In this document: piece after piece, positions 8,980 to 17,516 of the stretch
Position numbering within the stretch: the stretch's first letter is position 1
How the letters are laid out: each line of letters begins with the position of its first letter
Source: Eubacteriales bacterium
Lineage (GTDB): Bacteria > Bacillota > Clostridia > Oscillospirales > QAKW01
Assembly (NCBI GenBank): GCA_045541535.1
Contig: JAZQJG010000011.1
Coordinates: 11,713 to 75,712 of the forward strand
Direction: 5' to 3'
Length of the DNA stretch: 64,000 bases
Made by a program: the position numbers and the translations under genes
The notes under the pieces: generated by a model
Seen by the model: only the letters and a program-made list of their open reading frames with translations
Database searches by the model: none
What the model was told of the DNA's origin: nothing

Positions 8980-10584
8980 ATGGAAAAACGAATGCGTCTG
9001 CTTCGCCTGTTCTTTTTGCTCTGTTGTCCGGTGCTGATTCTTTGGCTTGGGTTTTTGATGCTTGGCGGTGTAAAGGAGCGGGCGGCGGCAAGCGTGGGCG
9101 CCCGCACCCGCAGTACGCCGCTGTATTCTCTCAAAGGAACGGTGTATGACGTCCATCTCCGACCCATCACCAACGCTTCGGAGTGCTATTATCTTTTGAT
9201 CGATCCCCGCAGTTTTCCCCGCAGTAAGGTGGGGGAATTGGCAGAGGTGTGCAATCTTTCCGTACAGGAACTGTCCTTGCGATTGGAACGGGAGAGCCCC
9301 TTCGTACTGGAAACGGATACAAAGCCTGCGGCTTCCGTCGGACTTTATTCCTTTAAGGGCATCCGCCGTTACGGTGATGTGGCCGATCATTTGGTGGGAT
9401 ACGTCAACGGAGAATCGGAAGGCGTGTCGGGGCTGGAAAAAAGCTATAACAGCGTGCTCTCCTATTTTGGCCAGAGCGGCACGCTCCATTATACCGCCGA
9501 CGGACGGAGCAATCCTCTGCTTGGACTTGGCATTACGGTGGAGGAAGAAAAACGGGGGATGAGCAACGGTGTGATCACCACGCTGGAACTGGATATACAA
9601 CGGGATCTGGAGGCGGCGATGGATCAATACGTGCACAAAGGGGCCGCCGTGGTACTGGATATCCACAGCGGTGAGATCCGCGCCATGGTGTCCCGCCCCG
9701 ATTTTGATACCGGACGGGTGGCGGATTATCTGGATTCCGCCGAGGGGGAACTGATCAATCGGTCCCTTGGCGCCCAAACAGTGGGCTCGGTATTTAAAAT
9801 CGTGGTGGCGGCCGCCGCTATTGAAAATAAATTGGACGTGTATCAATGCGACTGTAACGGCAGCATCACCGTGGGAGACCGCTCTTTTACCTGCCCGCTG
9901 GAGGGTGGACACGGTGCGATGGGGCTGGAAACCGCCTTTGCCCAAAGCTGTAATACCTATTTTATTGCCTTGGGGCAGATGCTGGGCACCGACAAGGTGA
10001 TGGAAATGGCCACCCGTCTGGGATTTGGCGAGCGACTGGAGATCGCCGACGGACTATCGGCCGCCGGCGGCAGACTGCCCGACGTCACCGGTAATTCCGC
10101 CAAACAGTTGGCCAATTTCAGCATCGGGCAGGGGGATCTCACTGCTTCTCCCTTGCAGATTGCCCGCATGGCGGCGCTGTGCGGTAACGGGGGATATCTG
10201 CTCCGTCCCACCTGTTTTCAGGGGTATTATATTGACGAACAGATCAAAAACGAGCAATGGGTGGAATACAGCACCCGTGTGCTGTCGCAGGAAACGGCCG
10301 AGCGTTTGCGAGCTCTTTGTATTACGGCGGTAGAGCAGGGGACGGGACAAGGGGCGGCTCCCACCCGGGGCGGCGCCGGCGGCAAGACCTCCAGCGCCCA
10401 GACCGGCGTGTTTGATGAGAAGGGAAAGGAACTGCTCAACACCTATTTTGCCGGCTTTTATCCCGCCGATAAACCGGAATATGCCATTGCGGTATTCGCC
10501 GAGGACGGTGTCTCAGGCGGTAAGACTTGCGCCCCGGTGTTTCGGGCGGTGTGTCAGGGAATTCTGGAGAGAAAAAAGGATTGA
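8980..10584 (+). CDS. class B penicillin-binding protein (PBP2/SpoVD-like transpeptidase)
   Basis: N-terminal TM anchor; SxxK (SVFK), SxN (SCN) and a KTG-like (GKTSSAQTG) motif; GGAGGTGAGGG SD. Confidence 0.85.
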   Translation: MEKRMRLLRLFFLLCCPVLILWLGFLMLGGVKERAAASVGARTRSTPLYSLKGTVYDVHLRPITNASECYYLLIDPRSFPRSKVGELAEVCNLSVQELSLRLERESPFVLETDTKPAASVGLYSFKGIRRYGDVADHLVGYVNGESEGVSGLEKSYNSVLSYFGQSGTLHYTADGRSNPLLGLGITVEEEKRGMSNGVITTLELDIQRDLEAAMDQYVHKGAAVVLDIHSGEIRAMVSRPDFDTGRVADYLDSAEGELINRSLGAQTVGSVFKIVVAAAAIENKLDVYQCDCNGSITVGDRSFTCPLEGGHGAMGLETAFAQSCNTYFIALGQMLGTDKVMEMATRLGFGERLEIADGLSAAGGRLPDVTGNSAKQLANFSIGQGDLTASPLQIARMAALCGNGGYLLRPTCFQGYYIDEQIKNEQWVEYSTRVLSQETAERLRALCITAVEQGTGQGAAPTRGGAGGKTSSAQTGVFDEKGKELLNTYFAGFYPADKPEYAIAVFAEDGVSGGKTCAPVFRAVCQGILERKKD

Positions 10585-10609
10585 CAGATGCTTATTAATT
10601 TTATATAAT
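10581..10609 (+). promoter_or_regulatory. consensus sigma-A promoter of the alaS leader
   Basis: TTGACA (10581-10586, overlapping the PBP stop codon), 17 nt, TATAAT (10604-10609). Confidence 0.6.
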
Positions 10610-10639
10610 ACTGATGTATGATATTAATATTGTCCGTAA

Positions 10640-10846
10640 TGACGAAAAAGGTCTGCTTTGTAAGCTTTTCTTTGCAGAGAGGAAGCGCCGTGGCTGTAAG
10701 CCTTCCGAAAAGCTTTGGCGGATTGCCGCTTTCCGAACGGGCACGCTTGCCTGCGTTATCGGTAAATCAAGGAGGCACTTTGTGCAATCGGGGTGGTACC
10801 GCGGAACTTCCGTCCCCGTTTGAACAGGGGGCTTTTTCTATTTTGG
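10640..10846 (+). promoter_or_regulatory. T-box riboswitch leader (alanine specifier) with terminator
   Basis: AGAGA box (gcAGAGAgg) and the conserved T-box sequence AATCGGGGTGGTACCGCGG (about 10786-10804). Candidate GCU specifier at 10722-10724. Terminator GTCCCC/GGGGGC plus TTTTTCTATTTT lies immediately upstream of alaS. Confidence 0.8.
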
Positions 10847-10858
10847 GAGGAAAATAAA

Positions 10859-13483
10859 ATGAAGTACATGGGACTGGGTGAGATCAGAGAAAAGTATCTG
10901 GCATTTTTTGAATCCAAGGGGCATCTGCGCCTGGGCAGTTTTTCTTTGGTACCCCAAAATGACAAATCGTTGTTGCTGATCAATTCCGGTATGGCGCCGA
11001 TGAAAAAGTATTTTACCGGGGAGGTAACCCCGCCCCGCAACCGCGTGACCACCTGTCAGAAATGTATCCGTACGCCGGATCTGGAGCGTGTGGGTCATAC
11101 CGCCCGTCACGGCACTTATTTTGAAATGCTGGGCAACTTCTCCTTCGGTGATTATTTCAAAGTAGAAGCGATCCAATGGTCTTGGGAGTTTTTGACCGAG
11201 GTGATGGAAATTCCCGGCGACCTGCTCTGGCCCTCTATCTATGAAGAGGATGACGAGGCCTATGATATCTGGAAAAACGTTATCGGCGTACCCGAGGAGC
11301 ATATCGTGCGTTTGGGTAAGGCGGATAACTTCTGGGAGCACGGCACCGGCCCCTGCGGCCCCTGCTCCGAGATCTATTTTGACCGTGGTGAAAAATACGG
11401 CTGTGGCTCCCCGGACTGCAAGCCCGGCTGTGATTGCGACCGCTATATGGAAATCTGGAATAACGTGTTTTCCCAGTTCAACAATATGGGAGACGGCACC
11501 TATACCGAGCTGGAGCATAAGAACATTGATACCGGTATGGGTCTGGAGCGTCTGGCCTGCGTAATGCAGGGTGTGGACAATATGTTTGAGGTGGACACCA
11601 TCCGTAAGATTCTGGATCACGTTTGCGCCCTCAGCGGTGTTACGTATGGCGAGGACAAGCAGAATGATATCTCCATCCGTGCCATCACCGACCACGCCAG
11701 AGCCGCCACCTTTATGATCAGTGACGGTATTACCCCCTCCAACGAGGGCCGTGGTTACGTACTGCGCCGTCTGATTCGTCGCGCCGCCCGTCACGGCAGA
11801 ATGATCGGTATCGATCACGCTTTCTTGCCCGAACTGTGCGACGTGGTCATTGCTGAAAATAAGGACGGTTATCCGGAGCTTGCCGAGCGCCGGGAACTGA
11901 TCAAAAAGGTTATCTCCCATGAGGAGTCCGCATTTTCCAAAACCATTGATCAGGGTCTTTCCATGCTGGAGGGATTAACCAAGGCCGGCGGTACCCTGTC
12001 CGGTCAGGACGCCTTTAAGCTGTATGATACCTTCGGCTTCCCCTTGGATCTGACCAAGGATATTTTAGCAGAAAAGAATATGGATCTGGATGAAGAGGGC
12101 TTTAATCAGTTGATGCAGGAACAGCGTCAGCGTGCCCGTGAGGGTCGTAAGGCGGCCGACGGCGAGAGCTGGAAGAGCAACGAGATCGCCTTTGACGGTA
12201 TCGATGCCACCACCTTTGCCGGATATGATGAAAATACCGTTACCGCAACGGTAGCCGCTCTTGCCACCGACGGTGAGGTGGCGGATATGATCGGCGAAGG
12301 CGCCAAGGGTATTATGGTGCTGGATCGCACCTCCTTCTATGCCGAGAGCGGCGGTCAGGTAGGGGACACCGGCGTGATCGTCAGCGGCAATAACCGCTTT
12401 GTGGTGGAGGATACCAAGAAAAACGCCTCCGGTCTCTTCACTCATTTCGGTCACGTGGAGAGCGGTGTGTTCACCGTTGGCGACCGTGTGGAGGCACAGA
12501 TTGACGTTGCCCGTCGCAATGCCATTCGCCGTAACCATACGGCGGCCCATCTGTTGCAGGCGGCCCTGCGTGAAGTGCTGGGTACTCACGTGGAGCAGGC
12601 CGGTCAGCTGGTTAACGAAAAAGAGGTTCGCTTTGACTTTACTCATTTCTCCGCCCTTACGGCAGAGGAGATTGGCAAGGTAGAAGCCTTGGTCAACGCC
12701 GCCATTCTGGACGGCAAAAACGTAGACGTGCGCGAAATGCCCATTGAAGAAGCTAAAAAGCTGGGCGCAATGGCGCTGTTTGGCGAAAAGTACGGCGAAA
12801 CCGTACGGGTCGTTAACGTAGAGGGTACTTCTATTGAATTCTGCGGTGGTACGCATATTGACAATGCCGGCAAAATCGGCCTGTTCAAGATCATCGCCGA
12901 AAACGGTGTAGCCAGTGGTGTGCGCCGTATTGAGGCCTTGACCGGTACCGGTGTGTTGGCACGTCTTGCCACCGCCGAGCAGACCTTGCACGCCGCCTGC
13001 GCCGAGCTGAAGGTCAATCAGCCCTCGGAACTTACCGCGAAATGTAAAGCGGTGATTGCCGAAGGAAAAGAAAAGGATAAGAAGATTGCCGCTTTGGAGA
13101 GTAAACTGGCAGAAGGCGGCGTGGAGGAGTTGTTGAAAAACGCCCGTCCCGTGGGTGCAGTGCGTGTAGCCGCTACCGTACTTAAGGATGTTAAAGGTGA
13201 CGCTCTGCGCCGTATGGCCGAAAAGCTGAAGGATAAGGCGGAGGATCTGGCTGTTGTTCTGATCGCTGTGGATGGCGCCAAGGCAACCATTTGCGCCGCT
13301 TGCGGTAAAAAGGCGGTGGCATCCGGTATGCACGCCGGTAAGCTGGTTTCCGCTACGGCGGCACTCACCGGCGGTAAAGGCGGCGGTAAGCCGGATATGG
13401 CTATGGCCGGTGTGGGCGACGTAAATAAGATCGATGCCGCTTTGGCAGGGGTTTTGGCCATTGTGGAGGATCTGCTGAAATAA
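10859..13483 (+). CDS. alaS: alanine--tRNA ligase
   Basis: MKYMGLGEIREKYLAFFESKGH N-terminus, class II core, editing-domain HxxxH/CGGTH motifs, C-terminal DHHA1; GGGAGG SD before the ATG at 10859. Confidence 0.97.
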   Translation: MKYMGLGEIREKYLAFFESKGHLRLGSFSLVPQNDKSLLLINSGMAPMKKYFTGEVTPPRNRVTTCQKCIRTPDLERVGHTARHGTYFEMLGNFSFGDYFKVEAIQWSWEFLTEVMEIPGDLLWPSIYEEDDEAYDIWKNVIGVPEEHIVRLGKADNFWEHGTGPCGPCSEIYFDRGEKYGCGSPDCKPGCDCDRYMEIWNNVFSQFNNMGDGTYTELEHKNIDTGMGLERLACVMQGVDNMFEVDTIRKILDHVCALSGVTYGEDKQNDISIRAITDHARAATFMISDGITPSNEGRGYVLRRLIRRAARHGRMIGIDHAFLPELCDVVIAENKDGYPELAERRELIKKVISHEESAFSKTIDQGLSMLEGLTKAGGTLSGQDAFKLYDTFGFPLDLTKDILAEKNMDLDEEGFNQLMQEQRQRAREGRKAADGESWKSNEIAFDGIDATTFAGYDENTVTATVAALATDGEVADMIGEGAKGIMVLDRTSFYAESGGQVGDTGVIVSGNNRFVVEDTKKNASGLFTHFGHVESGVFTVGDRVEAQIDVARRNAIRRNHTAAHLLQAALREVLGTHVEQAGQLVNEKEVRFDFTHFSALTAEEIGKVEALVNAAILDGKNVDVREMPIEEAKKLGAMALFGEKYGETVRVVNVEGTSIEFCGGTHIDNAGKIGLFKIIAENGVASGVRRIEALTGTGVLARLATAEQTLHAACAELKVNQPSELTAKCKAVIAEGKEKDKKIAALESKLAEGGVEELLKNARPVGAVRVAATVLKDVKGDALRRMAEKLKDKAEDLAVVLIAVDGAKATICAACGKKAVASGMHAGKLVSATAALTGGKGGGKPDMAMAGVGDVNKIDAALAGVLAIVEDLLK

Positions 13484-13495
13484 GGAGGTATACTT

Positions 13496-13837
13496 ATGAC
13501 GGATTGTATTTTTTGCAAAATCGCTTGCGGCGAAATCCCCAGCACCAAGGTATACGAGGATGAACTGTGCGTTGCCTTTAAAGATCTGAATCCTGCGGCA
13601 AAGGTGCACGTACTGGTGATTCCCAAGGAGCATATTTCTTCCCTTGCCTGTGTTAACGGTGATAACAGCAAGATCATTGCACATATCTTTGAAACCATTC
13701 CCGTAATTGCGGATCAGTTGGGTCTTATAAACGGTTTCCGGTTGGTCAGCAATTGCGGCCCCGATGCCTGCCAGAGTGTGCAGCATCTGCACTTTCATAT
13801 TCTCGGCGGTGAGCAACTGGCTGAGAAAATGTGTTGA
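13496..13837 (+). CDS. HIT family (histidine triad) nucleotide-binding protein
   Basis: CIFCKI... and the histidine triad HLHFHILGG; 113 aa. Confidence 0.9.
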   Translation: MTDCIFCKIACGEIPSTKVYEDELCVAFKDLNPAAKVHVLVIPKEHISSLACVNGDNSKIIAHIFETIPVIADQLGLINGFRLVSNCGPDACQSVQHLHFHILGGEQLAEKMC

Positions 13838-13852
13838 ACGGAGGAATAAAAA

Positions 13853-14401
13853 ATGCAGGATAGAAAATACTATCGTATCAAAGTAGCGGGCGTAGAGCGG
13901 GATCTGCCCATCTGCCCGGTAAACGAGCATCTGGATATTGCGGGTTTTGTCATTTTCGGTGACGTGGAGCTTACTGTTAAAACGGCGGAGGCTTTGGTGA
14001 AAAAACTGCCGGAGCACGACGTGCTGATCACTGCCGAGTCCAAGGGCATTCCGCTGGTTCACGAGATGGCCAGACAAACCGGCGTTAACCGTTACGTGCT
14101 GGCACGTAAGGCACCCAAACTGTATATGACCGACGTGTTTACCGTGGAAGTCAATTCCATCACCACCGATCATCAGCAGATTTTGTGCATTGACGGTAAG
14201 GATGCGGAATATATGAAGGGCAAGCGTGTGGTGATTGTGGACGACGTGATCTCCACCGGTGAGTCCCTGAAGGCTTTGGAAACTCTGGTTGAAAAAGCGG
14301 GCGGAAATATCGTGGGTCGTATGGCGATTCTGGCAGAGGGCGATGCCGCAAAGCGGGACGATCTGATCTTTTTGGAAGAACTGCCCCTGTTTTTTAAATA
14401 A
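13853..14401 (+). CDS. phosphoribosyltransferase family protein (purine/adenine PRTase-like)
   Basis: PRPP-binding loop VVIVDDVISTGESL; 182 aa. Confidence 0.75.
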   Translation: MQDRKYYRIKVAGVERDLPICPVNEHLDIAGFVIFGDVELTVKTAEALVKKLPEHDVLITAESKGIPLVHEMARQTGVNRYVLARKAPKLYMTDVFTVEVNSITTDHQQILCIDGKDAEYMKGKRVVIVDDVISTGESLKALETLVEKAGGNIVGRMAILAEGDAAKRDDLIFLEELPLFFK

Positions 14402-14420
14402 ACGAAAGGAAACGATAAAA

Positions 14421-15116
14421 ATGGCAGAAATGGTAGCAAACGAAGGCAAAAATCTGGTAATTAAGGTGGACGGTAAGTCCTATCAGCGTATTCCGATCAA
14501 AACCAAGGTGGTGGGAAAAGAAGATACGATTCCCGCCGTGGCAAAGGAATTTGCCGCCGAGCATATGCAGGAAGGGGACATCCTTTTCATTTCCGAGAAG
14601 TGCGTTGCCTGCACCCAGGAGCGTGCCATTCCGATGAAGGATATTCATCCCAGCCCGTTGGCAAAGCTGTTGTGTAAATTTGTGTACAAATCTCCCTACG
14701 GCATTGGTCTGTCCATCCCCGAAACGATGGAGATGGCCCTGCGGGAGTGCGGTACCATCAAGATTCTGTGGGCCGCTTTTTGGTCTGCTTTGGGTAAAAT
14801 GGTGGGTAAGCGCGGTATTTTCTATGATATTGCCGGTCCCAAGGCCCGTTCCATCGACGGTCCCTGTGATTGCACCCTGCCGCCCTATAACGAATACGTG
14901 GTGTTGGGCCCTGCCGATCCCGACGGCGTGGCAAAGGATACCGCCGCGGCCATCGGTCATAAGGTAGCCATCATTGACGTCAACGATATTGACGGCGTAA
15001 TTCTGGGCGTTTCCGATCCTTCTATGGATAAGGAATGGCTGGTGCGTGTGCTGAAGGACAATCCGTTGGGCCAGTCCCGTCAGCAGACTCCCATGGGCAT
15101 TATCAGAGAAATTTAA
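14421..15116 (+). CDS. CofE-like (F420-0:gamma-glutamyl ligase family fold) protein of unknown role
   Basis: Resembles the CofE/FbiB N-domain pattern by eye only (GDILFISEKCVA..., C-terminal PMGIIREI); 231 aa. Confidence 0.45.
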   Translation: MAEMVANEGKNLVIKVDGKSYQRIPIKTKVVGKEDTIPAVAKEFAAEHMQEGDILFISEKCVACTQERAIPMKDIHPSPLAKLLCKFVYKSPYGIGLSIPETMEMALRECGTIKILWAAFWSALGKMVGKRGIFYDIAGPKARSIDGPCDCTLPPYNEYVVLGPADPDGVAKDTAAAIGHKVAIIDVNDIDGVILGVSDPSMDKEWLVRVLKDNPLGQSRQQTPMGIIREI

Positions 15117-15124
15117 AAAAACTC

Positions 15125-15153
15125 TTGACACGCCCCGACGGGTGTGATACAAT
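15125..15153 (+). promoter_or_regulatory. sigma-A promoter of the infC-rpmI-rplT operon
   Basis: TTGACA (15125-15130), 17 nt, TGaTACAAT extended -10 (TACAAT at 15148-15153). Confidence 0.65.
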
Positions 15154-15285
15154 GTTTGAGCAATGAAGTAGGATAGTATGTCTGTTCTCACCTCGGCACA
15201 ATGGCGTGACCGACGGTTAATACAAAAAATGTTAACGCATTTGCTGTAAGGAAAACGGACATATTATGTCCGTTTTTCAATTTTT
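15154..15285 (+). promoter_or_regulatory. L20-type ribosomal leader with attenuator terminator
   Basis: About 150-nt 5' UTR ending in an 11-bp hairpin (15252-15276, AAAACGGACAT/ATGTCCGTTTT) plus a T-tract just before the infC SD. The position matches the Firmicute L20 leader. Confidence 0.6.
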
Positions 15286-15301
15286 CAGGAGGTGTTGAAG
15301 T

Positions 15302-15832
15302 ATTAACGCAAAAGATTTGAGCATCAACGGTCAGATCCGTGATAAGGAAGTTCGTGTCATCGATGCCGATGGCAGCCAGCTGGGCATTATGGACGCCGCC
15401 CAAGCGCAGAGCATTGCCGATTCCAAAAATCTGGATCTGGTAAAGATCGCGCCCAAGGCACAGCCGCCCGTATGCAAAATTATGGACTTTGGTAAGTATT
15501 GTTACGAGCAGACCAAGAAGGAAAAGGAAGCCCGTAAAAATCAAAACATCGTTACGGTGAAGGAGATTCAGCTGACGCTGAAGATTGACACCCACGATAT
15601 CAATACCAAGGCCGGTCACGCCATCCGCTTTTTAAAGAGCGGCGACAAGGTGAAGGTGGTTGTCAAGTATAAAGGACGCGAAATGGCACATACGGAACTG
15701 GGTGATGCCATCGCCAAGCGTTTCTTCGAGCTGACTGAGGAATATGCGGTTATCGAAAAGCCTGCAAAGCTGGAGGGCCGCAACCTAATTATGATTTTGG
15801 CGCCGAATCCGGCACTGAAAGAAAAGAAATAA
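15302..15832 (+). CDS. infC: translation initiation factor IF-3 (ATT start codon)
   Basis: [14 protein letters not shown]...; the in-frame stop TGA at 15296 limits the N-terminus. AGGAGGTG SD lies 6 nt before ATT at 15302. The track's TTG at 15317 would truncate the conserved N-terminus. Confidence 0.9.
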   Translation: MNAKDLSINGQIRDKEVRVIDADGSQLGIMDAAQAQSIADSKNLDLVKIAPKAQPPVCKIMDFGKYCYEQTKKEKEARKNQNIVTVKEIQLTLKIDTHDINTKAGHAIRFLKSGDKVKVVVKYKGREMAHTELGDAIAKRFFELTEEYAVIEKPAKLEGRNLIMILAPNPALKEKK

Positions 15833-15846
15833 AGGAGGAAATTCAA

Positions 15847-16044
15847 GTGGGAAAACTGAAGACACATTCCGGAGCTAAAAAGAGATTCAAGATCACCAAA
15901 GGCGGAAAGATCAAGAGAGGTCATGCCTTTCGTTCTCATATCCTGAATAAGAAGACTACCAAGCGTAAGAGAGGCCTGAGAAAAGAGGCTTATTGCGACA
16001 AGACCAATACCGAAGCGATCAAGAAACTGATCCCTTACAAATAA
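15847..16044 (+). CDS. rpmI: 50S ribosomal protein L35
   Basis: [23 protein letters not shown]; GTG start after AGGAGG. Confidence 0.95.
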   Translation: MGKLKTHSGAKKRFKITKGGKIKRGHAFRSHILNKKTTKRKRGLRKEAYCDKTNTEAIKKLIPYK

Positions 16045-16064
16045 GAAGACGGAGGACGAGATAA

Positions 16065-16421
16065 ATGGCTAGAGTTAAAGGTGCTTTGACCACCCGTAAG
16101 AGAAGAAAAAAGATTTTAAAGCTTGCTAAGGGCTACTTCGGTGCCAAGAGCAAACAGTTCAGAATTGCAAATCAGGCAGTTATGCGCTCCCTGACCAACG
16201 CCTATATTGGCCGTAAGCAGAAGAAGAGAGATTTCAGAAGTCTCTGGATCACCCGTATCAGCGCTGCTTGCAAGATGAACGACATCAACTATTCCCAGTT
16301 TATGCACGGTCTGAAGCTGGCCGGCATCACCCTCAACCGCAAAATGCTGGCTGAGATTGCCGTTTCCGATATGGAAGCATTTGCAACCTTGGTTGAGACT
16401 GCAAAGAAAGCTATCAAGTAA
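16065..16421 (+). CDS. rplT: 50S ribosomal protein L20
   Basis: [29 protein letters not shown]. Confidence 0.97.
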   Translation: MARVKGALTTRKRRKKILKLAKGYFGAKSKQFRIANQAVMRSLTNAYIGRKQKKRDFRSLWITRISAACKMNDINYSQFMHGLKLAGITLNRKMLAEIAVSDMEAFATLVETAKKAIK

Positions 16422-16440
16422 ATAAAACTTATTCAAAAAA

Positions 16441-16470
16441 CACCCGATGCATCGGGTGTGTTTTGTTTTG
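16441..16470 (+). terminator. intrinsic terminator after rplT
   Basis: CACCCGA/TCGGGTG stem followed by TGTTTTGTTTTG. Confidence 0.8.
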
Positions 16471-16490
16471 TGAATTTTTATAAAAAACTG

Positions 16491-16519
16491 TTGCACATAA
16501 TCTGTGTTTTTTATATAAT
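16491..16519 (+). promoter_or_regulatory. sigma-A promoter of the moxR operon
   Basis: TTGCAC, 17 nt, TATAAT (16514-16519). Confidence 0.5.
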
Positions 16520-16554
16520 TATAGTATATGTTTAAATTTAAAGGAGATCTGTTT

Positions 16555-17514
16555 ATGGACACCCAAGGACTTATCAAGGCGCAAAGCATTTGCTCCAATA
16601 TTGTCAGCGAGGTCAAAAAGGTTATTGCCGGTAAAGAAGAGGCTATTGAAATGCTGATGGTAGCCCTCCTTTCCCGTGGGCACGTGTTGATAGAGGACGT
16701 TCCCGGCGTTGGTAAAACCACTGTTGCAAAAGCTTTGGCCAAGGCTTGCGGTCTGGATTGCAAGCGTCAGCAATTCACTCCCGACGTTATGGCCAGCGAT
16801 ATCACCGGCTTTATGATGATGGACAAAAAGACGGGGGAATTTGTTTTCAAGCCCGGCGTGGTTATGACCAATATGCTGATCGCCGATGAGATCAACCGTA
16901 CCTCTCCCAAAACCCAGTCTGCATTGCTGGAGGTTATGGAGGAACGTGTGGTCACCGTGGACGGCTTGTCCCGCCCCTTGCCCGATCCCTTTATGGTTAT
17001 CGCCACCCAAAACCCCACCGGTTACATCGGCACCTATCCCTTGCCCGAGGCACAGCTGGACAGATTTTTGATGAAGATCACCATGGGCTATCCCACTCCC
17101 GAGGAGGAAGCCAAGATTTTGACTGCCCGTAAAACCGGCGATCCCTTGGCAGATATTCAGCCCGTAGCCGTTAAGGAAGATATTCTCCATATGCAGAACA
17201 TCATTCGTGATATCCATATGGATGCCGCCGTTGTAGAGTATATCGTTGCGCTGGTGGACAAGACCCGTCAGTGTAACGAGTTGGCTCTGGCCGCATCCCC
17301 CCGCGCGTCTCTTGCTTTGATGCAGACCTCTGCTGCTTACGCTTTCCTGCAGGGTAGAGATTACGTGTTGCCCGAGGACGTACAGCATTTGTTTGAATCG
17401 GTCGTCAGCCACCGTCTGGTATTGACCGCCGAGGCTAAGATTGAGCAAAAAGAAATCAAAGAGGTGCTGGAGCTCGTACTGAAAAACGTAAAGACTCCTG
17501 TGATTAAGAAATAA
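16555..17514 (+). CDS. MoxR-family AAA+ ATPase
   Basis: Walker A DVPGVGKT, Walker B LIADEINR, MoxR-type C-terminus; ATG at 16555 after AAAGGAG. Confidence 0.9.
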   Translation: MDTQGLIKAQSICSNIVSEVKKVIAGKEEAIEMLMVALLSRGHVLIEDVPGVGKTTVAKALAKACGLDCKRQQFTPDVMASDITGFMMMDKKTGEFVFKPGVVMTNMLIADEINRTSPKTQSALLEVMEERVVTVDGLSRPLPDPFMVIATQNPTGYIGTYPLPEAQLDRFLMKITMGYPTPEEEAKILTARKTGDPLADIQPVAVKEDILHMQNIIRDIHMDAAVVEYIVALVDKTRQCNELALAASPRASLALMQTSAAYAFLQGRDYVLPEDVQHLFESVVSHRLVLTAEAKIEQKEIKEVLELVLKNVKTPVIKK

Positions 17515-17516
17515 TT

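Noticed and set aside
8886-9173. N-terminal 96-codon extension of the oxidoreductase ORF in the track (start at 9173).
   Set aside because: The extension overlaps the divergent PBP gene and its SD. It is basic and low-complexity and lacks an SD. The ATG at 8885 has a good SD and begins exactly at the Rossmann motif.
12065-14449. 794-aa ORF on the minus strand, antisense to the alaS 3' half, the HIT gene and the PRTase gene.
   Set aside because: It runs opposite three well-supported genes with clear motifs and SDs. Its translation is low-complexity and rich in residues typical of antisense frames, with no recognisable motif and no SD. This is the usual shadow ORF produced by codon bias in GC-leaning genomes.
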